Under the pieces are notes generated by a model, which was not told the origin of the DNA, made no database searches, and saw nothing but the letters and a program-made list of their open reading frames with translations. Below are positions 39,064 to 51,200 of a DNA stretch of 64,000 bases, piece after piece (position 1 is the stretch's first letter; every line of letters starts with the position of its first letter). This DNA comes from Thalia democratica (Eukaryota): the NCBI GenBank assembly GCA_965202585.1, contig OZ241832.1, positions 59,768,001 through 59,832,000 of the forward strand, written 5' to 3'. The translations under genes were made by a program, and so were the position numbers.

Positions 39064-41629
39064 TTTATAATCAAATTGAAAAGTATTTCAAAAAACAGTG
39101 TAAAATTAAGTGCAGGAGCACAAATATAGAAAACCAATATAATATGACAAAGTGTTAGTAGTCTCCTAAAACAGATCAAACTTGTTTTTAGTCTGAAACT
39201 ATTTAAAAAATCATCAAAGTAAATTGTATATATAAAAATATAACAACTAGTTCAACACTATGCAAAATTAAATCTATTGTTTTAATCAATATTTTCCAAT
39301 CACCATATAAAACAACAAACCGAACAAAACAGTTGCAAATGTTTCAAAATGACATTAAAAAATCAAGAAGTGATTTTTGTAATTATTTTGAAAATAATTT
39401 AAGGGCATGGGGCATATAATCATAAAACACTTTTTTTCACAATTTGATCTTATCTTATATATTTTTACTAAGCTACAAAATGCTTTTTACAGCTTTTAAA
39501 AATTCAAAATAATTTTTGAGATAAAGCCAGTCAAAGTAAGAGGCAAAAATAGGTTCCTTACAGGAGTTGCAGACTAAAACTGCAAAAATAGATTATTTCA
39601 CTAAAAATTTATCTTCTCCTCCGTTTTTTGAGATTAGGTATTTTAAAAGTCTGGGCCAGAGAGAACCTTGTATACACTAAACACATTTAACTTTGATTAT
39701 AAAAACTAAAATGTGCAATATTGTATCTACAGGTAGAATTTAAAAAACAAATTTACCACTTCTGTATCAAAACAGATCCTTTCTATTTTTTTTATAAAAA
39801 TATCCTTTAAAGATTATCCTTTTGAAACAGTTAGTATTTTATAATCTTAAACTAATATATCTACCAAAAATTCAACTTCACAAACTTCATACAAATTTTG
39901 TCTTAAATATAAGTCCATTAGCAACCAGAGAAAAAGCACATTTTCAATTTATAACTTAAAATTTATTAAAAAAAGAAAAAGAAAACATGTGTGGCTCACA
40001 ACTAAGGTCAATGGATTGGTGTGCAGAAGGACCTTTCAGTCATGGGCTGTGCACCATTTGCTTGTGACTAATACTTTGAGCTAAATTTAAAAACAATAAT
40101 AATAAGTAAAAAATAACCAAAAAACTTAACAACTATTTATACAACAACAAAAAAAATGGAAAGCACTTTTTTTAACCTATTACTGCTAATATTGACCGTG
40201 GAAACTATAGTCTACCATGGGCTCCGCCCACACTGTCTCCTACCCTAAATTTTGATTTTTACATCATTTAAATTTTACTTTTCCCTTACTACAAGAGCAA
40301 CCAAAAAAATGCAATAAATAACTCAAAAATAAATAAAAGGAAAGAATTAGTAAATTCACTACAATAAAATGTTTAGTATAATCATAATACTTAAGAGCAC
40401 CATGTATTTCAAATATTGTCTAGAAAAATTTTGTATATGTATGTAGGTAAAAATTTTAAATATTTGCTTAACTGTTTTATTGATTTGTAAACTTGTTTTA
40501 TTGAATAAAACAATTAACATGTCCAACCAGCATAAAGTTTGTTTTAATTTAAGTAAATTAAATGAAAAACGTAAAAAAATGTCTAAGTGCAAAAAAGAGT
40601 TAAAAAATTTGCTTTTTCACATTGCTATCTTTACTTATAGAACAATATTCTGGAAATTTTAGTTTGAAGTTTATAAAGTTAATTTTTAAGATATAATATG
40701 TATAAAATGAAATGATAAAACACTTTCTATCAAAATGAATAGACATTTTTTTAACTAATATACTATGAATTGAGCTGTTTGATTTTTTCTATATGGTGAA
40801 TAAATTTCAGTCTCAAACTCTACTCCTTATTTTATTCAAACAATGAAATTATTTTAATTATCTTAAACTAACAAACAAGATTATTATCAACTTAACCTTT
40901 TTAATGACAGTTTTTAATAAGATTTCTAAATATTTTTTAAGGAAAGAACTGATTGTAATAATTTTACTTTTATCATTCAACAAGCTTAAAGCTAAAATTT
41001 AAGTTAATTTAAAACTTATTTTGACAAAAAATTTCATTTTCATACATTAATTTCAGTTTACTAATTATTTATGCTGATTTACTCTTTATTAAAGGTTACT
41101 TTAGAGCAAGAAGCTATTACTAGATGAGCTAAATGTTTGAGTCACCAGAATTTAAAAATTTTAAAGCTTTTAAAAAAGGGGGTTTTATTTATTCTAAAAG
41201 CAATTTTTTTATCAAAACGGCAATATTTTTTTCCATAAGCTTATAGTGTAAAATCACTTATCGCAATTATTTAAGGGCTAAAAGCTAATTTATTACCACC
41301 TTCCAAAAAAGCAATTTTTTTACTAAGATTTATAGCTTTATAGCTACTTATGGTAACTGTGCCGGCCGGACTCTAATTTGAAAAAAAAGTCCGGGTCCGG
41401 TTCCGGCCGGATTCCAATTTGAAAAAAAAGTCCGGGTCCGGTTCCGGCCGGATTCTAATTTGAAAAAAAAGTCCGGATCCGGTTCCGGCCGGATTCTAAT
41501 TTGAAAAAAAAGTCCGGATCCGGGTCCGGCCGGACCCGAAATTGTGGGTCCGGTACATCACTACTTTAAACATAAACTTTGATCTGTTTATAATTCTTTA
41601 TCTTTTTAACGATTTTTTAAATATAAAAG

Positions 41630-42450
41630 TTTTTCAAAATAAAACACCAGTTTGCTCTTTTTTGAAGAGGTTTTTATTACAAAAATTTTCTCGTAAAAAA
41701 TATTTATAAGTTTTATGTTTATATATGTTAAGTTTTGTTTTTTTTCTCCACGATTTGTTTTATCAAAGTTTTAAAAACTGCTTAAATGTTATGTGAAAAG
41801 TCTGATCTTGATTTAGTTAAAAAATAATATATTTATATAAAGAAATAGTAAAAATTTCAAAAACTAGCTCCACTCGAAAAATAAAAAAATACTGTCTTTT
41901 TTTTAGAACTTTTTAAAGTAAAGGTTTTAAATGAGCTTGTTTTCGTTGTTGATTTTTAGCCCCGATTTAATTTATTCAAGTTTAGTTATTTTTGGTTTTC
42001 ATTTAAACTTTTGAACAGAATTTAAAATATAAGATATAAGATATAATAAAATGAATACAAGATAAAATTCCTTTAAAATAAAATACAAGTTTGCTCTTTA
42101 TTGAAGAGGTTTTTATGCTAAAGTTTTCCCGTAATAAGCATTAAAAATTCTATTATATTTTTTTCTGCCGGATTTGTTTTATCAAAACTTAAAAAACTGA
42201 TAAAATGTGTGTATAGCCTGACTATGACTTCGTTATAAAAATAATCTTTATCGATGCAGAAATACTAAAAGTTAAAATAACTATATATAAACTTAAAAAA
42301 AAAAGATTCATTGTCAATTCATTAAATCTTTTTCAAAGTAAAGGCTTTTATTAAGCTATATTTTTTGTTGAATTTTGCCCAGATACAACTTATTCAAGTT
42401 TGGGTATTTCTGGTTTTCATTTGAACTTTTGAACAAAATTTAAAAACCAA
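41630..42450. repeat. Diverged tandem duplication, unit about 430 bp
   Basis: agtttgctcttt.ttgaagaggttttta...gatttgttttatcaaa...ttattcaagttt.g.tattt.tggttttcattt.aacttttgaaca occurs twice. Confidence 0.8.
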
Positions 42451-44408
42451 GCTTCTATATATACAAACAAACTTAAAAAAGTAAGAAATTTATTTAAACA
42501 CTATTGAATCTATCATTGCATAGGGAAAGTATACTTAAAGATCAGTCTGATCTGTAAAAGCACTAAGTCAGCAATTTTTTTAAAGCTTTTATTCATGTCT
42601 TTTACCCTTATCCATAAGACACCCAAACATATAAAAAATTGATCAAAAATAAAGTTTTAATTACAATTAAAAATAGCACGTAAAGAACCATTTTTTTAAG
42701 CTGGATTACTTTAAGGGTAATTAGTTGTAAATAAATATGTTTATTTATACTAAAAAAAGTTTTATAGTTTTGTCTATAAGTTTGTGACCTGATGTGGTCC
42801 TAATGACAAATTGAAAAATCTCTGACTTGAACTTTGCAATACTAAAACCCAGTGGTCAACACATATACAAAAAAAAATATTTGAAAACAAAGATGTACAT
42901 AATTAGGAAGGTTTTTTGTTTTATTTAATTTAATTTTATTTTTTAACTTTTAATTAGTGATTAAGTTTTACTGATGTTTTTCAGTTGTTGTTGTTTTACT
43001 TTAAGTTTGTGAGTATACAAAAATAATTCAAAAGTTATATTTTCCAAATTGGTTTTGATAAAAACTAGTTTCAATGTAATTTAAGATAATAAGACTACCT
43101 TTACTTAACTTTTAGGTACAATAAATTAGAAATGCTACAAAATAGTATTTTTTTTATTTCACAGAAACTTTTTAGTTCTAAGCCAGTTTTTTAGATCTCT
43201 AGATGAAGTACATGTGACATTATAGTTAAAATTAAATTTAAGTTGAATTGAAATAAAACACATCTAAAAAATTAACTTTTTAATTTTTTGATCTATAACT
43301 TGTTGTTTTATTAAATTTTTGAAACATATCAGTAACAACATTGGATTTTATATTATAGATAAACTTATTTAGTTTACAATATATTTCTTTTTTTTTGTTA
43401 ATTAATTAAGTTCTTGATAATTTAAAATAAGTATAATCATTTTCTTATATTTTACTGATTTAGTTTTGTACATTGATAAATATAAAGCAAATAAGTTCAA
43501 AATAAAGTAAAACTTAATTTTATTTATAACAAAATAAGTTCATGATAAAAGTTGAAATGACATTAATGTAAGCAGTTAAATAAACATCATTAATAACAAG
43601 CAAGAAATATTTTTAGCTGTGGTATAGAATAAATATAGTATAAAGCAAAAATATTCCTATAATTTTGAAATTTAGTTGTTCAACTGCTGCCCCTTGAAGT
43701 TATAGTAACCTATATTTATTGGCCAAAAAAATTGTAGTTTTTAAAATCTGAAATAAATTTAAAAAACATAAAAAAATCAAAAAGCTATTGGCAATCCTGT
43801 TATAGTAACAAAATTGTAATTGAAATTAAACTCAAAAAAAATCTTATTAGTAAATAAGCTTTTCAACACCAGACCAAATCTAAATTCTGAATAATTAGTA
43901 AGTTAGCTGTTTTTTTTAGATTTTTGTTATGATTATTTTTTTTTAAGTTTCTTCATCATTTGACTGTAATGATAATCTAGGTTAAATTTTTAAATAATAA
44001 TTTAAAAATACACTGTATCTAATCAGCTTTAAAAAATAATCATCAGTTCAGTTTTACTAGTTATTGTTTATGTAAACACACAGAATGCAAATTTCTTTTC
44101 ACAAATTCATTCTTTGCAATACAAAATGTATATTTCACAATTTTTTTGCGGACAAAGATTTTGATAAAAATGACATTCTGTGGAAGTAAAAAGTTAGAAA
44201 AAATACAGTATAGCACATTTTTACTTCAAATATTTATACATCAAAAAATAAAATTTAATAACAATATAAGTAAAACTATGGTTTAAACATTATCAGCCTA
44301 TTTTTACAGTCTTTTTTAAAATCTCTGGCTGACCCAGGCATTTATTTTTGAATAACTCAGCTATTTAGGAATTTTTTTTTATTATCATGCTGGTTTTTTG
44401 ATATAGAC

Positions 44409-44998
44409 CAAGGGTCAGCAAACTGTGGTCTGTTGGCCTTAGTCAGGGTTGCCACTTTACCTGGAATCCTGGAAAAACCTGGAATTTGACAATTTAGGCA
44501 AAAATAAACCTGAAAAAATCTAAAATTTCAAACGAAAATAATTAAAAAAACCTGGAAAAACCTTGAATTTTAACAATTTCCACACGTTCAGTAGTAAAAT
44601 TTCAATTTGACTCAAAAAATCTATCATATAAATAGAAAATTTTTGTCATCATCAAAAATTTCTTTTATTCAAAAACATATTTAAACTAGTATTCTATCAA
44701 TGTTTTTTTTACTATTTTACACAGTTTTTTTACCTTAAATTTAATTTTAATAGACCCAAAATGTGCAATTTTAAAAACCTGATATAAATTTGGAAAACCT
44801 GGAAAAAAATTGAAAAATGAGTGCTACCCTGCTTAGTCAAAATATTGTTTTAATAATTGAAAATATTTTTTTTCAAGAAAATAAGAATTTTGTCTTATCT
44901 TCAAATATAATCTATCTCCTATTTTTTTGTTTGAGCAATTAGTAAAAAATGCTAATTTTAAAGCACATTTAAACCCTTTATTGACCTGCTGACCCCTG
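44409..44998. mobile_element. Charlie-like hAT MITE, interrupted by another MITE
   Basis: CAAGGGTCAGCA ... TGCTGACCCCTG ends; flanks ATATAGAC / ACTTAGAC (6 of 8 match). Confidence 0.6.
44444..44831. mobile_element. Second copy of the CAGGGTTGCCAC MITE in the opposite orientation, 6-bp TSD
   Basis: CAGGGTTGCCAC...GTGCTACCCTG with CTTAGT on both sides; interior is the reverse complement of 38696-39063. Confidence 0.85.
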
Positions 44999-45141
44999 AC
45001 TTAGACTCTTTTTCATAACAGCATCTAATTTTGCTAAATCATTGTTTTTTGGTGTTTGGTTTACTATAAGTTTTTTTTCATTATATTCTTATTTAAAGCC
45101 TTTAAAAATTTTATGAAAGAAAATTTTAATGGAACTCACTC

Positions 45142-46702
45142 ATGAGTGATCAAAAGTCAAAGTCAAAAGACAATGAAATAAATTGTACAGGTATGACATT
45201 ATGTATTTTTTAATAATTATTTTTAAACATTACACTTTTTTTAATACTAATGATGTTTTAATATTACAAAACAAGAAAAGTTTTTCATGTTTTAATTGTA
45301 AGTAGTCTCAATATGTTAAATGTAAAAATTATATTTAATGTGTTTTTTATATAACAAAAAATAAACTAAGTAATAGACATTATTTGATTGATATAAACTG
45401 TACAAGCTGCTAAATGGTCTTAAATTAAAGCTTATACTTATTGACATATATTTAAAGATTTATTAAACTGCTTGTGATGTATTATGATGTCATAATCACC
45501 CGAAATGTGCAAAATTTGTCTGTAAAACGTAGGGGCAGGTAGTACAGCACATTTTTTTTTGTCATATTGTAAAGTTTAAATAAGTACATATGGTTCAAAT
45601 GTGTTTTTGCTTTGTTTTAAAGAATCTAAAAAAAAAATATAATTTTACAAAAAAAAAAAGTTGCTGCCCAAAAAACTGATTTAAACTCCAAAAATCACAT
45701 ATTTTTTGATTTTTTGACTTATACAGTAATAAAATTACTTATACATGTCCTAGACTTATAATTTATATCTTAAGTGAAAGCTTATAATTATAGGCATAAA
45801 TTAAAGACATTTCAACTGCTTTTGTTGTATTATGATGTCATTATTACACTAAATATGCAAATTTTGTCTGTAAAATTGTACTTTTTTTTTTATAATGTAA
45901 TATAATTCTTCTGCTGTTTTATTTTTATTTTTTTGATTTAGAATATAAAATGTGTCAAGTCAGCTAGGCAGAAAGATATTACTGATGTAATGTCATTTCA
46001 ATCGCATGTGATATATATATATAAAATTTATTTTAAATCACTTTTTTGAGATTATAGTTTTGCTTTACATTTTAAAGGTTTTAAAAGTACTATTTTCTAA
46101 AAATATTTAAGGTTTTGTTTTAAACTAGTTTAAGTTTTTTTTGGATAATACAGTTTTTCCATCAAGGAATTGTGTAATCATATCTTTTATGTTAAAATTT
46201 TATTTTTGTGCTTCAGTCTTTAATTTTGTTTACATTTTATCTTAAACTTTAATAAGCTGTTTTTATTTTATTATCAATTAAGAACAATGAAGATTTAATA
46301 AATATGCCTTTAAACAGAACTTTAAAAAACTGACTTTAGGTTAACTTTATTTTATATTTTACATATTTCAGCTTGGAATAATGAAGAATGGTTATCAGAA
46401 CTCAACACTCAAATGTACAGTGGAATATTTGAAGAAAGTTTCTCTCAAAAGAAACCTGCTCCTTCAAAGTTTGTTATTATTTACATATTATTATTAGTTA
46501 CATATTGTTATGCAAGTGGCTATTTTAAAACTTGAAAACTTATAATACCTAAGAATAAACAACTTTATTACTTAGTTATTTGTGTTTCTTTATTAGTTTT
46601 TTTTTTTGCAAAATTACTAGACTGTGGTGTTTTAATTTATTTAGAAAAATTAGTGATCCTTTCAATAGTTTTTCAAAAAGATTTAGTTATACTTGGCTTT
46701 AA
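45142..46702 (+). CDS. Candidate 3-exon small protein (67 aa) of unknown function
   Basis: Exons 45142-45190, 46372-46468, 46645-46702 with GT-AG sites and matching phases (1, 2): MSDQKSKSKDNEINCTAWNNEEWLSELNTQMYSGIFEESFSQKKPAPSKKISDPFNSFSKRFSYTWL*. Confidence 0.45.
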
Positions 46703-47780
46703 CCTATTAGCTATGTATGACAAATTGTTCTTCAAATTGAAATTCTGTATGTTGTTGGTTTTTTATGTAAATTTAAAAGAATTCAAAGGCAGCGCTAAAC
46801 AAAATATACCAACTGCAATATTTTAGTGTTAGTTAATTATATGCTTTCATACTTGAATTTTTTGCTTAGCAAGTTGTATCTCCAAAGTTTATTGGACTTA
46901 AATACTTTATACAGACTTTTCAAAATTAATTTACTTCTATTATTTGATTGATGAAATTTAAAATTTTAGGTTTTGTTTTTTGTTAAACAGTAAGTTTTGA
47001 ATTGAGTTATTTTCTAAACTTATACTATGTAAAAGTTACAGATCATTTTTATTAAATTGTTATGTATACACTTAAAATTATTGTTTATGTAATTTGTGTT
47101 TAGTCCAAGCTATTATACCAAATTATTTGATTCTGCCAAATAGTCAAACCTGTTCTCTAAAATTCTATTTTGAAATTTATCTTTGTTAAAATAGTTTTGT
47201 AATTGAATCCTTTTTGGTATTCAAACACCATTAGTAACTAAAATATAAAAGAACTACAGTACAAACAAAACAAAGACATTTGTACAAATTTATTTTGTCA
47301 TAATTTCACCAAATATCACCACCACCAAAATATGCTGTACTTTTTGTTCCAAGTTTGTTATCCAGTGTTTCAAAAACCTGAATATTAAATATTATATTAT
47401 TATTTAATATATTATATAATATTATAATACAAAATATTTTAGTTAGTAACTTTTGTTTTATTTTAATGTATTTAATGTTTAAAGTAATTTATATGCGCAT
47501 TGAGTATTATCAAATAGACAGAACTACAAAAAGTCTTTAAAAAGTCCTTACAAGATAATCAAAAAGTTACTGGACAAAAAAGTATATAAATTTGACGTGT
47601 CAGTTTTGCCTGTCAGTTTTGCTTTACTTGTCTGGCTGATAACTAATTGTCTTAAGTTTTCCAATAACACAGAGGAACCAAACATAAAATGGTAATAAAA
47701 TATGAAACTAACTTATCGTTAGAATAGATCATTAATCAAAACTTTATAAATCACACTTAAAATTGAATTACATGCTAACT

Positions 47781-48160
47781 AACTTAATATTGGAAAACAA
47801 CATCGCTGTAACAACATAACAAACAAATGTATCAAAGACAAGTATAATATTTTTAATAATATATTAAACACTAACTTTATGTTAGATAACAATATGTTAT
47901 ATTAAAGAGGTTTGTTTACCTACTCAGTAAAAACGATGTTTTTATTTTTAATAAAAAATACCTTTTAAAATGTTTCTCAAGTTTATCAAAATAAAAATAT
48001 TTTATAAAATAAAAATATTTTAAAACCAACTTGATATTAAAAACACTAATTACTAGTATTGAATTACTTTTAGTTCATCAAAAACATTTAAATATCTAAT
48101 TTAAATATTTACATTAACACCAACTTAATATTGGAAAACGAGATCGCTGGTGCAAGTAAG
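47781..48160 (-). repeat. Two downstream copies of the final codons, stop and following GTTxGT of the secreted-protein gene
   Basis: TGCACCAGCGATCTCGTTTTCCAATATTAA-gttggt at about 48119-48154 (identical to the real end) and a decayed copy at about 47781-47808. Confidence 0.9.
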
Positions 48161-48236
48161 CTTATCAAATTTGTTGGGAAGCGTTTTAATATAGAAAACT
48201 TGTGTACATTTTATAAATACTTTATTAAAAACCAAC

Positions 48237-51200
48237 TTAATATTGGAAAACGAGATCGCTGGTGCAGGGTGCCACCAGTTGCCACTTGTACTTGCCGTTG
48301 TAACAAGAAGCAACTATTTCGTGCACGCATTTGACTCCGCATTCGAAATGAGCTTCTAACTGAGGCTGCCAGTTCACCCAGTAATCATCGAATTTTTGCA
48401 TCACCTAGTATAAATGAAAGTAAATAAAATACAGATGATTATTTAATACAAAAAGAAAAAAAAAGTTAACATAAAATTTTTGCATAGCGTAATATACAGT
48501 GATACAGTAATTATATTAACTTTTTATTTTGCACGACCTAATATGTACATTATAGATAATTTAAACTTTTAAATTGATGTATCATAATTGCAGCAGTTTT
48601 ACTTTTAGCATAAATAATATTATTGTAGTCAACTTAAACATGAATACTTAAATATAAATTAGTAAACCTTTATACCAATTTGGTGTCATAAAATAGAAAA
48701 AGTATGTACTCTTTTTTTTTAAATAATCCAAATTAACTTTAAGTCAAAGTTTATGTCAAATGTTTAAACAAATGCAAACAAATTGCTAAACAAAATATCA
48801 GATTATTTAACCAACTTAGATTGATAGTTATTTTAAATAGAAAAATAATAACTGTACTAGAACAAATAGAATCATTAAATACCTCTTGAACTCTTGCATC
48901 GATCTTGTTCTTGTATGCTTCTTTCAAACTTGAGAATTTGTCACTGTTTGGAATGTCTTTGAATGAGCACTCGTAAAATGAGTTGAAGTATTTCATTTGC
49001 ATTTCTACACACTGTTATATTTGATTTTAATAATGAGTTTTGCTTTGTTCAACAAAAATAGAAACATATCCTGCTACGAAAGTATCTTTTTTTAGTCATC
49101 AAAAATCTGTTTAAAACTTTTTTTCGGGTTGTTAATCAAAGTGAATGCATGTAGGAATAATACCAAATTTTTTTAAAGCACCTTGTCATTAATTCGAAAC
49201 TTTATAGGCTTTAATTTTTTAGTTTAAAATGGTTAAAAACTATCCCTAATTAAAACACTATATTTGTTGTTAAATTAATTATCAAGTAATAAAAGGATCC
49301 TACTTTAGCAAGTTTGTCTTCAAGGTGTTTTCTGTAAGCATTTATTCTTTCCTGCAAGCATTCCTTGTAGCTTGCTACTTTCTTTGCTTTCATGACAAGA
49401 CAGTCTTCATACCTCTTCTTTACCATTGAAACATACCTGGTTTAAATATATAATAGTAAAAGTATAAGAACAAATCATATAAAATACCTCCTAAACTACT
49501 ATTAGAACCTTAAATCTTAACTATAGAAAAAGCTAATAGTTTTTTTTTTAAACTTTATTTTAGCATTTTCTCAAGAATTAAAACTTAACTAATGTCAGAA
49601 ATTATTATACAAAATTTCATGTAACTTTGAAACTCCCCACTTTTTAGCTTTCTTAAAGAATTTTAAAACAGAAAGAAAGTTTGTGTAAAAACTTTTCAAC
49701 TATAAGTTAATGCTGGTGGGTAGTTTTTTGAAACTGAAGAACTTGCTGTTATCAAAAGTTTTGCATGCAACCTACCTAAACAGATGAAAACATATTGTAA
49801 AACACTTCAAATTTTAGTATATGCTAATGATAGTTAGTTTTTTGAAACTAATTTATTTTTTTAAACTGTTATGCAACCTACCTGTTGGCCCTCTTGAGCC
49901 AAACTCTGATTCCGATTTCCAGTCTCATCTGCAACTTCTTCAATCTCATGTTCAGTATCTTCACCTGGCAATCCACCCACGTTGTTGCTTGCTCTCTCAA
50001 ATTGTTAAGTACCGAGTCCTTTTCATCTTCAGTCAGTTCCACTCTGTTATAATTAATTTTGTTTAAGAACAAATGGGTTTTGTTGAACATTTTGTTTCAA
50101 GTAGTTTTATTTTAATTTTGATATAACTATGTTGTGATATCAAAGTTAGGTTATAATAAAGTTTAAGTAAGCATTTGTACATAAAGACATATTAAAAGTT
50201 GTAACTTTGAAATGAACTGTAATTCTCAGCTAGTTGATATATCTATAAGATCAAGTGTTAAACACTATTCAATTTTTGATAAATAGTAATGTGCTGATAA
50301 CAAATTGTCAAACTAGAATTGTATAAAAGTACTTTTTATTAGCTGATCAGTCATTAATTATAAGCACTTAAATCTCAAATAATTATAGTTAAAAAAGTAG
50401 TTATTAATAGCATACATAGACATATACTTAATTGTAATTCTCACCCATTGTAGTCAGTTGGTACTGACGACTTGACTCTTTCTTCCAACTCACTCGTTGC
50501 TTGCAACTTCCAATCTTCTACTTGTTGCTGCCAATCTGCTACGTTTTCTTCCAATTTGTTTTTGTATTCAGTTGCTCTCAACTTCAAGTCGTCTCTGTAT
50601 TTCTGCTCGTCAAGCTTTTCACTTTCTGTTTGTTGATAGTTAATAATACTTTAGTACCATGGTTGTTTAAAAAAGTATAAAGCCTCAATAAAACTTTTCA
50701 ATAACCTCATTTTGTTCTATAATAAAATAACTAAAGTCTATTGAAATTTAGTTTTAATTTTTTTAATGAAAATAGTTTTTATTGATTGCAAGTTTTGTGT
50801 GTCAAAAAACAAAATTTCTTGAAAAATGTTCTGCTATTTCACAACTGAACCTCAAATTGATTGGTGTAAACACAATTTTGTTACAAAAAGTATTTTTATC
50901 AATAACCTGGATCACAAGTTTCTAATTTCTTGTACTCAACACCACTCCAATCCACATTAAACTGTGGAACTTTCACGTAAACGTAATTGTACCTTCTCAA
51001 TGCTGGTAACTTTACACTGTTGATTTAATTGTGTTATATATAAATTTGTTCTAAGGTTAGTTTGTATAAGTTATAATAGCAGTGTGCAAAACCTTAAATT
51101 TGGTTAAAAATAAGTATATAAATTAACATAATTGTATCTCCTCAGTTAACTTTACACTGTTGATTGAGTTACAATTTATATAAAGTAAAAAAAAAGTATG

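Larger units (their letters stand above)
32648..41361 (-). mobile_element. Nested, decayed hAT element (8.7 kb) with transposase remnants
   Basis: TIR CACAGTTGCCA / TGGTAACTGTG (1 mismatch); exact 8-bp TSD CCGGCCGG (32640-32647, 41362-41369), inserted into the CCGG array of the host element. Confidence 0.8.
31017..41563. mobile_element. Composite hAT-type DNA transposon (TAGTGATGTACCGGA ends) carrying nested elements
   Basis: TIR TAGTGATGTACCGGA at 31017 and its reverse complement ending at 41563; identical 8-bp flanks CTTTAAAC (31009-31016, 41564-41571); internal arrays of about 42-bp CCGG-rich units; a second left end at 32533. Confidence 0.85.

Noticed and set aside
45911-45975. Possible extra exon in the small 67-aa gene
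   Set aside because: In the required phase it hits TAG after eight codons
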